From assembly GCF_009914755.1 (NCBI RefSeq), contig NC_060934.1: a stretch of DNA of 64,000 bases; one strand, written 5' to 3'. The stretch's first letter is position 1. Each line of letters begins with the position of its first letter. Of this stretch, positions 15,076 through 28,429 are shown piece by piece. This stretch comes from the human T2T-CHM13v2.0 reference genome, Homo sapiens. Made by a program: the position numbers and the translations under genes. The notes beneath the pieces were generated by a model, which ran no database searches, was not told where the DNA came from, and saw nothing but the letters and a program-made list of their open reading frames with translations.

Positions 15076-15810
15076 GATGTGTGTTTTTTTAATGAGCAAA
15101 AATGATAGATAAAGCACTTAAGAGTTTGAAAGAAAAAGAAGACAGTAGCTCTGTTGGGTGATGGGGAAAATCTTTTTCCAGTTTTGATGTTAGAAAGGAT
15201 CCAGAGGTGGGATGAAGAGACTGCTTAATGCCGTATTAAAAAGGAAGAAGCCTCAGGGTGATGGAGAATGGGTCATCTATTATGTTCTAGAAATCACTTG
15301 CAAATCAATAGTAATCGTGCGACAGAGCCTACTGCTAATATGGGAAGTAACGTTCCTAACTGCAACAAGAATTTTCATGGCAAACATTTTTTTCCTGAAC
15401 TATTTTACCAATATATACAGACCTCCCGAGAACCTGAGCTATCTCCTGCTCTTTTTATACAAAGAAGGGGGAGGAAGAGAATCAAAACTGTTGCAATTTC
15501 ATGTTCCATATTTCTGCTCTAGTTTCTAACTTCCTATCCTCTTAATCTTAATTACTCTAATCCATAACCACGTATTGCATCAGCTTTGCCAGAATCTCTT
15601 CCCACAACTTCCCGTGCACACCGTCCTCTTCTTTGGCAAATACACAGCATGTCATTTTCTGGATGAGTGGCAGACACAAAGCATACTGCAGTAAATGATG
15701 TTATGCCACTGTTCCCTGTTTAATCAAATCAAAGTAGATATGGTTGATTACATGGACAAAAAACTACTGAATAAACACGTTTGTTCAGGAGTAACTAAGC
15801 ATTAGATAAC

Positions 15811-15870
15811 ATTATGTAATGTGGAAGTAAGTAACTGCCTGGCTTAATGTTATGGTTTCCATGGAAACCA
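15811..15870. promoter_or_regulatory. Candidate PAR-bZIP D-box (ATTATGTAAT, 15811-15820) and RFX X-box palindrome (15853-15870)
   Basis: Match to RTTAYGTAAY and a perfect 18-bp palindrome TGGTTTCCATGGAAACCA in apparently non-repeat DNA; function is inferred only. Confidence 0.45.
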
Positions 15871-16378
15871 CATCAGTGAAGGGTAAAGGAGTTCAGAAAT
15901 ATTGGTTTCTTTCGGTGCATAAATGCAGTATCTGCATGCACACGATGTTTTTGGTGGCTTGAGAAAAGTATTCCACTCATTAAAGAGTAATCTGCGTCAT
16001 GAATCAGTACGAATATTTGGGACTGCCATCTAGGAAAGAATACAGCTTGGCATTGCCTTTCCCGGGTTCTTTAGGGATAAAAGGATGCTCAGGTGGCTAG
16101 AGGAAGAGAGCTACATGAATTTTACATGGGATGCTGCCCCCGTGTAGGGTCCATGTGCCACGGATGGGTTTTTCTTCTTTTCCAAAAAACAAAGAGAGTG
16201 ATGGCGATAACAAAACGTCAAAGTCCCAGCCAAATGCTGAACACTGCAGAGGATGGTCCTTGCGGAACGCAGAAAAGATTAATTATGGGAGGAGGAGAGG
16301 AGGCCTTGGTTTTGTATTCAGGCGGCGCTGCAGTGTTCTCCGTCCCTTTATCTGCTACCGAAGCGCAATTACAGCGCA

Positions 16379-16605
16379 GGGAGGGGAGGGGGGTGAGAGG
16401 AGGGGAGGAGGGTGCAGAAGGGGAAGGGGATGCGGGGAGGGGAGGAGGGTGCGGGGAGGAGAGGGGGATGCGGGGAGGGGAAGGGGGTGCGTGGAGACGA
16501 GGAGGGTGTGGGGAGGGGAGGAGGGTGCTAGGAGGAGAGGGGGGTCCAGGGAGGGGAAAGGGGTGCTGGGAAGGGAAAGGGGTGCAGGGAGAGGAGGGGG
16601 TGCAG
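16379..16605. repeat. G-rich degenerate minisatellite, about 12 units of 18-19 bp
   Basis: Units such as ggggaggggaggagggtgc recur in tandem. Confidence 0.9.
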
Positions 16606-17091
16606 CGAGCTCCCAGCTCCAGCATTGTTGTCTTAGTCTTTTATTTCATTTTAGTCCCTCTGGGTTGGACGAGGAATAAAGTTAAACATACAGGTTCTTC
16701 TGAACTGCAAGTTACACCTTAATAAGACTTAGAGAAATCCAATTATTTTTTATTCTGTGGTTGAAGGGAAATTCATTTCAGTGGTCAGAAGAGGGGCTGA
16801 GAGCCAGGAGAGCTGAATTCTGCTCTTGTTTCCGCACTCTTCCCTCATTTACTCCTAATGGCTTAGGTGTGGTTTGCCCTGGAGGCTGGCTTTTTAATTC
16901 TAGGATCGTTCCAGCGGCTTTCCAGGCTGAAGATGTTCATTCACTGTAGACCTTCCCTTCTTAATTCATCTGCAGTGGATCTTTGCTACCCAAGTTAGTA
17001 TTAAAAAGAAGGTTAGTACAGAAAAGTCTATCTTTCTAGGGTGTGCTTCCTAGATACATTGAAGAGATTTTAACTGGAATTTATTCCATAG

Positions 17092-17469
<378 letters not shown>

Positions 17470-17859
17470 TAAGAGGGCTTCTACACTGATTAAATGTGTC
17501 CCCACATTTACGGGGTTACCACACAGTTTCGGAAAGAAGGGAAGAAGCCCTCTCCATGGTTCTGCCCTAGAAGTTGAGCACACTACAGGGAGCAAGAGCT
17601 TAGAGTTGCCCCTGAAGATCTAAAGCACTGGTGAATCGTGTGTAGGGAAGAAAATACAGGCAGCAACTTCGTTCCACTCTGTGGGAAGCTTTGACTCACA
17701 AGGTCCATGGAAAGACCTCTGGCTCTGATCCCATCCCCTTTATCCATAAAAACAGTGGGATGCAGGGTCATTTTTGCCAATGTGGAAGTTGTGGCAGGAG
17801 ATCTGTCCTCTCTTTTTCATCTTTCTTGTAATAATGAAGGCAGAATATTTACCAAATCC

Positions 17860-18050
17860 TTGGTTTATACCAAGCCTTTTCATTTCTCCCTCTCAGCAGT
17901 ACTTTAAGGTAGGTATTACCAGCCATGTCTGCAAATGGGGATCAGAGACATTAATGGTAAAACAATTACCAGCAAAAGGGGATTAGAGGCATGAAGTAAC
18001 TTGCCAAAGATTACCTGGGTAGAGACTGAATAACTCAAACCAAGGTTGTG
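17860..18050 (-). mobile_element. MIR SINE fragment
   Basis: aggtaggtatta...tgaagtaacttgccaaagattac. Confidence 0.55.
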
Positions 18051-18263
18051 GCCCTTTTGCCTACACTGTTAAATGGCAGCACTACTGTGAGGGAGGTCTT
18101 GAAGTAACTCATGAAGCTTCAACCAGAGCACCTCGGACAGCTCCCAGCCAATGAAAGGAAGTTTCTGGGTCGAGATGTTTTCCGGACGAATGTGTTGAAC
18201 CTGGTCCCTTAACTCTCTCCATCACTATTTTGACCAGAACGAGGAAGTGGTTTTTTTCCACCC

Positions 18264-18398
18264 TTCAACTTTTATTTGAAGTTCCGGGGTACATGTGCAG
18301 GATGCGCAGGTTTGTTACATAGATAAATGTGCCATGGTGGTTGGCTGCACAGATCACCCCATCACCCAGGTATTAAGCCTAGCATCCATTAGCTATTT
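18264..18398 (-). mobile_element. L1PA (older primate subfamily) 3' end
   Basis: ggggtacatgtgcaggatgcgcaggtttgttacatag...gcatccattagctatt. Confidence 0.9.
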
Positions 18399-18413
18399 TG
18401 AGGAAGGATTTTA

Positions 18414-18717
18414 TTTTATTTTATTTTATTTTGAGAGACAGGGTTTCACTCCTGTTGCCCAGGCTGGAGTGCAGTAGTGCAGTCTTGTCTCACTGCAGCC
18501 TCCTTCTCCCAGGCTCAAGCGATTCTCATGCCTCAGCTACCTGAATAGCTGGGATTACAGGTGCATGCCACCAAGCCTGGCTAATTTTTGTATATTTAGT
18601 AGAGATGGGGTTTCACCATGCTGGCCAGGCTGGTCTCGAACTCCTGACCACAGGTGATCTGCCTGCCCAGGCCTCCCAAAGTGCTAAGATTACAGGTGTG
18701 AGGCACTGCACCCGGCC
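18414..18717 (-). mobile_element. Alu (Sx/Jb-like)
   Basis: Full antisense dimer; perfect 15-bp TSD tgaggaaggatttta. Confidence 0.96.
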
Positions 18718-19350
18718 TGAGGAAGGATTTTAATACCTTAGTTGTAAATGTGACTTTACAGTCTACACAGCACATTTGTTCTCAGGACAGCCCTGTTGGT
18801 GGATATTATTATTTTCTTTTAACTGGTGTAAAAAAACTCAGGCACCTGTCCAGTTAATTTACCTACCTTAAAAAGCTATTAAATGAAGAAACAAGAATGT
18901 ACACTTTAGTCTCGTGTTTGTTCTTACCGCAAAACATGGATATACGGAATTCCCTGGTCGAGTCTCTGACGCCCAAGCCATGGTATTGACACAGAGATGA
19001 CACCTTCCCCAACGTCCTTGATTTAACCAGGGTAAGCTCTTGCTCTCTTTATGGCAACTTGTTTCTTGCATGCCATAGAAGAAAAAATAGCTCTAGTTTA
19101 TTTTTTGAACAAAATGGTCATTTGCCAAGAAGTTCTCCTGTCAGAAGTTCTCCAGAAAATTCCAAGACTTACCTGGGAACAAAAGAAAGCCTGCTAGCCC
19201 AGAAATGAGAATTTTAATTTTGATCAGCTCTCAGGAGATCTGTGGGAACCTCAATTTGCTCGGTGTCTTTGAAACACTGCAGTCTTGTGTATACTGAGTG
19301 GGTGGCCATGGTAGTGTGCCATACACAGGTGCAATAAAAAATAGCTTATC

Positions 19351-19599
<249 letters not shown>

Positions 19600-19910
19600 G
19601 GCCAAGCACAGTGGCTCACACCTATAATCCCAGCACTTCAGGAGGCCGAGGCAGGCGGATCACCAGAGGTTGGAAGTTTGAGACCAGCCTGGCCAACATG
19701 GCGAAACCCCATCTCTACTAAAAATACAAAAATTAGCCGGGCATGGTGGTGCATGTCTGTAGTCCCAGCTACTTGGGAGGCGGAGGCACAAGAATCACTT
19801 GAACCCAGAGGTGGAGGTTGCAGTGAGCTGAGATTGCGCCACTGCACTCCAGCCTGGGCAACAGGTTAAGACTACATCTCAAAAAAAAAAGAAAAAAAAA
19901 AGGAAAGAAA
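19600..19910 (+). mobile_element. AluS inserted in the tail of the preceding Alu
   Basis: Full dimer flanked by aagaaaaaaaaaa-like repeats. Confidence 0.96.
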
Positions 19911-20143
19911 AAAAAAGCGTATCAAATTGTCCAAGCTGAGGCTTGCTTGACATGAAGGGCTTCTTGAATGCTTAGCCTAAAGACAGCCTACCCTCCAACA
20001 GTGGCTATACTGTCATCTGTGACTTGTTATTTGCATCATATTGTGGGGCTTATTTCCAGAGAACTGCAATTTGAAACTCAGTTACTCTTCCCATCAGCTG
20101 TTCCCTCTCATCCTCTCTCCAACAAGAAAAATAAGATGGTGTT

Positions 20144-20346
20144 TGGGGCCTTTCGGGGGTTGGGGGAAAGGGGAGGGAGAGCATTAGGACAAATACCTAA
20201 TGCATGCAGGGCTTAAAACCTAGGTGACGGGTTGATAGGTGCAGCTAACCACCATGGCACACGGATACCGATGTAACAAACCTGGATGTTTTGCACATGC
20301 CCCAGAACTTAAAGTAACATTTTTAAAAAATTTTTTAAAAAAAGAA
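20144..20346 (+). mobile_element. 5'-truncated L1PA7/8-like 3' end
   Basis: gcattaggacaaatacctaatgcatgc...cccagaacttaaagta; 17-bp TSD aagaaaaataagatggt. Confidence 0.93.
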
Positions 20347-20733
20347 AAGAAAAATAAGATGGTATTAAATGTATGTTAAAAGGATGGTAATTATTATCAG
20401 TGTACTCTTGAAAGAAGCTAGGTTTTCAGCAATTCTTAAAATCGGTATTTAAGCCACCTATGTGGCTTACAAAGGCAAGTCTTTTCATTGTTTGCGGCTA
20501 ATAGTGAGGCCAGTGCATACTCCCAGAAGCAAAAAGAAATAGCCTGTTGTAGTTTAGAAATTGATTCAAATTTTGTTTTCTGAGCACGCGAAAGAAAAAC
20601 TTTCAATGCTTCTGCCAAAATAGCTTGTTTTTATTCAGGTCTTCAAAGAGAGTATAGGTTGTTATTTCTTTAGATATTGTCTACTTTTCTTCAAATGGCA
20701 CTTTTTGAAGAGGCCAAGTCATTTCAATAATTC

Positions 20734-20783
20734 GTGTGTGTGTGTGTGTGTGTGTGTCTGTGTGTGTGTGTGTCTGTGTGTGT
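20734..20783. repeat. (TG)n microsatellite with TC interruptions
   Basis: Directly visible. Confidence 0.95.
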
Positions 20784-21193
20784 TTTACCTTGAATGGTGT
20801 TAGGAGAATTAAGCCAAATACTGTTAGCATCAGATCACTGGCTTATGAAATCTCTTCTATTTGTGTGTTCCATGATGAACTGGGGCTGTTGCTGCTGATT
20901 TTCCATTGGCTGGCTCAGCTAACAAAGCTTTACAAACTGCTCTGAGCTTGTGTCTTCAGTAAGTTCCAGCTTCTTCTCATTGGTTCTTGTAAAGATGCTG
21001 AAGGAGGTAGGGCGTTGGTGACTCACTATTATAAAACTCTTTTACTAAGAGTTGCAGGAGAAGGCTCTAATGAATTGCATACAGGGAACTATAACACACT
21101 GGCTCTGCTAAAACTTGTGAGTAAAAGGAGACAGATGGGCAAAGGAGATTTGACCTGCTTTTTTCTTAAAGAAAACATATGAGAAAGAGCAGG

Positions 21194-21385
21194 TTTGGAG
21201 TAAGATGGACTTGGTTTTGAATCTTGGTGCCATGATTTAACAGTTTAGTGGCAGAAAGAAGCAGCATGACCCAGACCTCAGATTTCCATACATATAAATT
21301 GGATGTTTAAATGCCTAGCTGGAAGTACTGTATGGATTTACCAATTATGCAAGGTACCAAGCACAGTGTAGGTACCAAATATCTC
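21194..21385 (+). mobile_element. MIR SINE
   Basis: ttggagtaagatggacttggttttgaatcttgg...cctcagatttcc...agcacagtgtaggtac. Confidence 0.6.
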
Positions 21386-21567
21386 TTTGCCCTTCACCAC
21401 CACCATTAATGAGTAATGTGTCTTATTCCGGGGACACTCCCCAAGTTCTTCAGGTTTCCCACCTTCCTTCGCTAGGAGCTCAGGTAACACTGGACAATCT
21501 ATCCACAGTGGAGAGGACAATTGCCAACTCACAAACACTGATTCTATTTTATTGTGATGGTCTAGGA

Positions 21568-21780
21568 TGAGGGTCAGCAAACCATGGCCCTTGAGTTCAA
21601 TCTGGCCCATTTCTTGTTTTGCTAAATAAAGTTTTATTGGAATACAGCCAAGCTCAATCACTACATATTATCTATGGCTACTTTTGGGCTACAACAACAA
21701 CAGAGTTACATAGTTTTCAGCAATATTTACTATTTGTCCATTTACAGAAACAGTTTTATAATAATTACCAGTGATCTCTG
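21568..21780 (+). mobile_element. MER58A (hAT-Charlie MITE)
   Basis: gggtcagcaaac...taaataaagttttattggaatacagcc...tatttactat...tttacagaaa; TSD gtctagg(a/g). Confidence 0.88.
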
Positions 21781-21970
21781 GTCTAGGGTAATTATTTCCA
21801 AGTTTATATGAAAGTATTGACTGGTCTTGGATCCTTGAGAGCAAGATTTGTATAACTCAAATACCTCATATCCTGTACAAATACCCTTAACAAAGGCAGA
21901 AGTTCCATCATCTAAATACTTTGAAAAAATATAAACAGAACCATACATAATTATAGGAGATGAATTTTAG

Positions 21971-22283
21971 TTTTTATTTTTTTGAGACAGAGTCTCGCTC
22001 TGTTATCCATGCTAGAGTACAGTGGTATAATCTCGGCTCACTGCAACCTCCACCTCCAAGGCTCAAGTGATTCTTTTCTTCAGCCTCCTGAGTAGTTGGG
22101 ATTACAGGCATGTGCCACCACACCCAGCATTTATTTTTTCTTTTTTGTGTTTTTAGTAGAGCTAGGGTTTCACCATCTTGGCCATGCTCGTCTTGAACTC
22201 CTGGCCTCAAGTGATCCACCTGCCTTGGCCTCCCAAAGTGCTAGGATTACAGGTTTGAGCTACTGTTCCCACTCTGCCCAGCT
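21971..22283 (-). mobile_element. Alu (Sz/Jb-like)
   Basis: Full antisense dimer. Confidence 0.95.
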
Positions 22284-22329
22284 GGGGATGAATCTTATAG
22301 CCATTCTGCCAACCTCTGGAGAATTTATT

Positions 22330-23020
22330 CTGTTTGTGGCAGAATAAACATTAGCTGCTCAATATCCTAGCTGAATCAACCTAAGACCACCAGAAACAAA
22401 CCAATAGCCTGGTACATTTGGGTTTATTGATGTAATCCAATCGGGTAAATGGAACCCTAGAGGGCATCTCACCAAACAAAGAAGAAATAAAAGTAATCTA
22501 GATTCTGGGGAAGGGTGGGGTTTAGATGAAATTTGAATGAAGTAGTGTTTAGATAGGCTCACAGCGAAGTAGGGTAGTATAAAGGGGTCAGTATCAGATC
22601 TGCACTGAAAAATGGACCCAGGGTCCTGTTTCTATGGAAACAATGCAGTTGTGAGATAGATGTGGAAACCCCGTATCTGAAGCTCTGCCTCTGAGTTAGA
22701 GATCTAGATTGTTTCTCTGCATCAAAAAGCGACTAGGTTTTCCAGCCAGAAGTGGAGGTTTCATTCTTACTGATACAATTCCAAACAGCAAAGCTTTGGA
22801 GAGTCCATGCTTTTAGAGAACAAAGTTTCTTAGAGAGTAAAAAAGCAGTAGTGACTCAAAGAAGGGGCTGTTCTGACCTGTTAGAGTTGCAGTGTGTCCT
22901 TGGGAGAAATACTGTTCCCTGTTACTTTGAAGATGGCTTTATCTGTGTCTGTTATTCCAGCCTGATGAATGGCCAGGCATGTTTTTACTTCCTTGTTCTG
23001 AGTTAATTTTTACTTTCTCA
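22330..23020 (-). mobile_element. Ancient solo LTR (LTR79/LTR78-like)
   Basis: Antisense poly(A) signal gggtttattg near the left end and terminus ...tactttctca; family assigned from memory. Confidence 0.55.
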
Positions 23021-23592
23021 TCAGGAAGGCACTGATGGTAGGGTTGGAAGGTAAAGAGGCAGAAGCAGATGAGGTTAGAACACAATTAGTGAGGAACCAA
23101 ATTCAAAGCAGGTAGGCTGAAGGGAGCTTTCCTACAAACTTCATGAATATGTATTGGGTAAATGAATGGATAGTCTTTGAATGGTTGTGAAGAGTCTCAA
23201 ACATAAAGGAGCAGTAACATGTTAATGATTCTAATATTATCAGTTAGAATCTTACATAGAATTTTATGATGCTTATTTTGACATTTAACCAGAAAAAAAA
23301 TGGCATGAAAAGTTCTGATAGCAGACCATCAAATGTACTATGAATGTTTCCTTTAGACATTTCTGGGATAATTTTAGGGTTATTCTTCATAGTAACTACC
23401 GACAGGTGGAAGCCAGAGTACTGAGTAACAGCAGTCTCCCTGCAGGTTTTGATTTTCTTTTTTAAATTATTTGTATAGATTTAAGGGGTACAAGTGCAAT
23501 TTTGTTACCTGGATATATTGCCTAGAGGTAAAGTCTGGGTTTTTAGTGTAACCATCACTCAAATAATGTACATTGCATCCATTAAGTAATTT

Positions 23593-24548
<956 letters not shown>

Positions 24549-25043
24549 TCACCCCTTTCAACCCTTCGTCCTTCCTAGTCTCCAATGTCTGTCATTCCAT
24601 ACTCTATATGTCACAGATTTTAGATCCCAAGAATGGCTCAATGCCTGAAGTCACAAGGTTTATTTCCTGAGCTGTTTCTGAAGGACAGGATGTTGTAAGT
24701 ACTGTATCAGAAGTGTGTCGGGAGATAAAACTTGTGACTCTAGGAACTGATAACAGCAAAACTGAATGCGTGGCCTCTGGGCCCTCTCACTTCCTCCCTG
24801 TCTCACCTGAAGGAAGTGCAGTGTGGGCTGGTGGCAGTGGCATTCTCTATCTCCTCCCAGCTCCCAGACTTCATTCATTCTCTGAGTGATCATTGAGTCT
24901 CTCTGTCCTCTGTGCCTACAGAAGTCAGGATTCCTTGAGAGAAAGAAGCTTTCACACTTTTCGCATCCAGCGCGCTTCCACCTTTAACTTCAAAGCCTTT
25001 AATGCCTTCCATGTTCATTTGGTGGGGGAAGAAATGTACCTCC

Positions 25044-25446
25044 TGTATTAGTCTGTTCTCATGCTGCTAACAAAACCATACCCAAGACTGGGTAATTTAT
25101 AAAGGAAACTGGTTTAATGGACTCACTCTTCCACATAACTGGGGAGGCTTCATAATTATGGTGGAAGGTGAAGGAAGAGCAAAGGCATGTCTTACATGGT
25201 GATGGGCAAGAGCGCATGTGCAAGGGAACTCACCTTTCTAAAAACCATCAGTTCTCATGAGACTTACTCACTATCACGAGAACAGCATGGGAAAGACCCA
25301 CCCCCATAATTCAGTTACCTCCCACTGAGTCCCTCCCATAACATGTAGGAATTATGGGAGCTATAATTCAAGGTGAGATTTGGGTGGGGACACAGGAGCT
25401 ATAATTCAAGATGGGATTTGGGTGGGGACATGGCCAAACGATATCA
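25044..25446 (-). mobile_element. THE1 (B/C-like) solo LTR, MaLR
   Basis: tgtattagtctgttctcatgctgcta...ccaaacgatatca; TSD cctcc/ccccc. Confidence 0.93.
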
Positions 25447-26009
25447 CCCCCATCACTGATTGTTATTAGCAAAGTCTTCATTTCTCTGAAGCTGTTGATC
25501 CTTATTTGTTCACTTTGATATGACCTCGATTTTTCCAGTTTTTCTCATTTTGTCTTGTACAAATCACTGCCAGTGTAAACTCCCTACAGTCTGGAATCTT
25601 CTTTTCAGCTTCCATTCTCCATCTCTGCTCCCTTAGCCCCACCCCTCCAGGAAGCTTCTGGTCCAGCAGGACCCTTTGCAGCCTGAGGACCATGACCTGA
25701 ATTAACTCCACCTTCCAGCAACTTCCAAGGGAAGCAGTCCCACTCCAGGAAGTACTGACACAAATTATGAAGTGAGATGGGCAGGGGGAATTCTGAGCTG
25801 CATGTCGAACCGGGAAACGTACCATAGGGAGGCGGCAGCAAGCTGTGGGAAAATACAGGAAATGAGAATCTGCTTCCCAAGCACCCTGAGTCATCTTGTT
25901 TAACGGGGAGATTGGTGTCAGCACTTGGAGCCGGGGGAATGTTGTGGGAGGGAATTAGCTTTGATTAGAAGCAGCTGGGAGCAGAGAGTGAATCCCCGAG
26001 GTCCTAGAA

Positions 26010-26560
26010 TGAAGGACCTTGTGAAATGTAGTTCCATAAGCTCAACTTCACTGTTAAAGCTAAAACAATTGTTTATAGTATAAGACAAATTATAAGAGGG
26101 AAGAAAAATCCTAATCTATGCAAACTAATTAGCACCAAACCAGAGAGTAATGAAATCTGGGACTGACAGCCACGTGGGTGGGTTTGTTAGGTACCAATGA
26201 TGCCAGGCAGGCTTAAAGGCTTGCTTCTTGAAAAGAAATGAGCACGTCTATACACACACACACAACACAATACACGGATGGTCAGAAGAAACACAGCAGA
26301 TGTTATCTATTTGGACTCTAGGAAAGCGCTTGATGAAAATGTCCCATGAAATTTTACTTGCGAAACAAGTTCAAATTGGCTGGAATAGGAGAACTCCGAT
26401 ACAGCTTGAAACCTGCCTCCAAAACCATGAACCGAATGCAATGGAACTGATAAATAAATGGCAGCGGATCTAGCTGCAAGAAGGTGTTCAGCAGAATGCC
26501 CCTGGGGTAACTGTGAGAACGGAGTATATTAAAAATCTTTATCAATGAGTCAGAAGAACT
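26010..26560 (+). mobile_element. CR1/L3-clade LINE, ORF2 reverse-transcriptase fossil
   Basis: Collinear frameshifted peptides ADVIYLDSRKALD (26296-26334), SHEILLAKQVQIG, INGSGSSCKKVFSRMPLG and KIFINESEE resemble CR1 RT motifs VDVIYLDFSKAFD, SHDILxxKL, INGxxSxWxxVxSGVPQG and NIFINDLxE. Confidence 0.8.
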
Positions 26561-26834
26561 AGTCACAGGATGCACGTGAATTCTTCCAGGAATACGAACT
26601 TGGCTGGTGTTAGAGGAAGCACAGATCAAGTCTTAGTGCAGAAGGATAAACAAAGAGGTTAGAAGTGTGCTCAAGAAGGAGCAAGGAAGGAAGGAAATGG
26701 GATCCACCTGGGAAAATAGTAGCCCGCTGATCTGTAGAAGATTAGGCTGTAGAAATGCAAAAGGAGAAAGATTCAGGAGGGAGAGGAAGGAACACATTCA
26801 GTAGGGCTTAGCCATGCTGTTCAGTGGCCAGCAA

Positions 26835-27000
26835 GGGAGAACTCAGGACTGTGGGGCCTGGAGTTTGTAGAATTTGGGGGGCCTTCCTTAAGCAAAAGAT
26901 AAGTTATTAATTTAAAATTAGGTACAGGACCTTGAAAGAGACTGGAGGAAAGGAGGGACTGGAAAGATTAAGGTCACTGAGTTTCATGGTGAATCTGCCT
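26835..27000. mobile_element. hAT-Tip100-like DNA transposon relic
   Basis: tgtggggcctgga...aatttggggggcc...aaaattaggtacagg...ttcatggtgaatctgcc resembles mammalian hAT MITEs; exact family not recognised. Confidence 0.45.
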
Positions 27001-27068
27001 AAGCTGGCTGAGCCTATCATGAATAAAATATTTTTTTCTTCCTGGTTTGAGTAAGAAGAGAGATTGGT

Positions 27069-27095
27069 ATGTGTGAGTGTGTGTGTGTGTGTGTG
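27069..27095. repeat. (TG)n microsatellite
   Basis: Directly visible. Confidence 0.9.
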
Positions 27096-27149
27096 GTTGA
27101 GGGGGCGGTGCTTGTGGGGGAACTAGGGACTGATGGTTCACTAGTTGGG

Positions 27150-27480
27150 TGCTATGGTCTAAATGTTTGTGTCTCCCCAAAATTCATATCTTGAAATCCT
27201 AATCCTTAAGGGAATGGTACTTGGAGGTGGGGCTTTTGGAAGGGGATTAGCTCCTGAGGGTGATGCCCTCATGCATGGGATTAGGGCCCTTATAAAGAGG
27301 CAGGTGGGAACTTGTTTGCCCCATCCACCTGTGAGATTACAGTGAGAAGATGTTTTTCCATGAAGGAGGTGTGCCCTTAGCAGATACCAAATCTGCCAGC
27401 ACCTTGATCTTGGACTTTCAGCCTCTAGACTGAGATAACTAAGTTTCTGTCATTTATAAGTGCCCAAGCATACTAAGACA
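27150..27480 (+). mobile_element. MLT1A-like solo LTR, MaLR
   Basis: tgctatggtctaaatgtttgtgtc...caccttgatcttggactt...actaagaca; TSD ttgg(g/c). Confidence 0.9.
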
Positions 27481-28022
27481 TTGGCTAGCAACAGATACTT
27501 AAGGAATTTCAAATATGTGTCAAAATTATATTAGTCATTTTGTATACATTTATTATATATACAAATACATAATACATGTATGAATTTATTGCTTTAAAGG
27601 TGTTTAGAGTGGAGTAGGAAAACCAAATGGTTAAGCAGATATGTAAAATAAATACATATCTGTATTTAAGCATTTCCTAAGAAAAATCTGCGTTAGCATA
27701 GGAGGCCTGGGTAACAAATAGTATTTCCATTCGTATGTACAAGTGAATTCCCTCTGATGCAGAAGGCAAATCCGTAGGGTGTTCTGGAAAACCACACAGG
27801 AGGAGGTGGTTTAGAAATAAGTCCCAAATTTCCCATGGGATTCAGGTTGGAGATAGGGAGATATTTCAAATGGAAAAGGCAGGTACTAAAGCACCAGAGG
27901 TAGGAGAGGGAAGTTTTGTGCAGACACACCAAGGTGGAGTAATCTTACTATGGAATTACTTAGAACAAGAAGGGAGGAAGAAAGGGATGTGTTAGCAGGC
28001 GAATTAAGAATTTAGTATTGTA

Positions 28023-28429
28023 GAATGGATAAAGAAAATGTAATATATATATATATATATATACACACCATGGAATACTACTCAGCTATAAAAAGGAATG
28101 AAATAATGGCATTCACAGCAACCTGGATGGAGTTGGAGATCATTATTCTGTATAAATGAAGTAACTCAGGAATGGAAAACCAAACATCATATGTTCTCAC
28201 TTATAAGTGGGAGCTGAGCTATGAGGATGGAAAGGCATAATGGACTCTGGGGACTTTGGGGGAACGGGGGCAGGAGGGTGAGGGATAAGACTACACATTG
28301 GGGGCTTGTACACTGCTTGGGTGATGGTTGCACCAAAATCTCAGAAATCGCTACTAAAGAACGTACCCATGTAACCAAACACTACCTGTTTCTCCCAAAA
28401 CTATCGAAATAATAATAATAATGATAATA
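28023..28429 (+). mobile_element. 5'-truncated L1PB1-like element
   Basis: End of ORF2 plus 3' UTR, internal (TA)n, (AAT)n tail; TSD aagaatttag(ta/cg)ttgta. Confidence 0.92.

Noticed and set aside
16093-16722. Longest ORFs in the track (209, 182 and 135 aa; Gly/Glu/Arg- or Pro-rich)
   Set aside because: They overlap in three frames and stay open because the G-rich minisatellite lacks stop codons; no recognisable domain.
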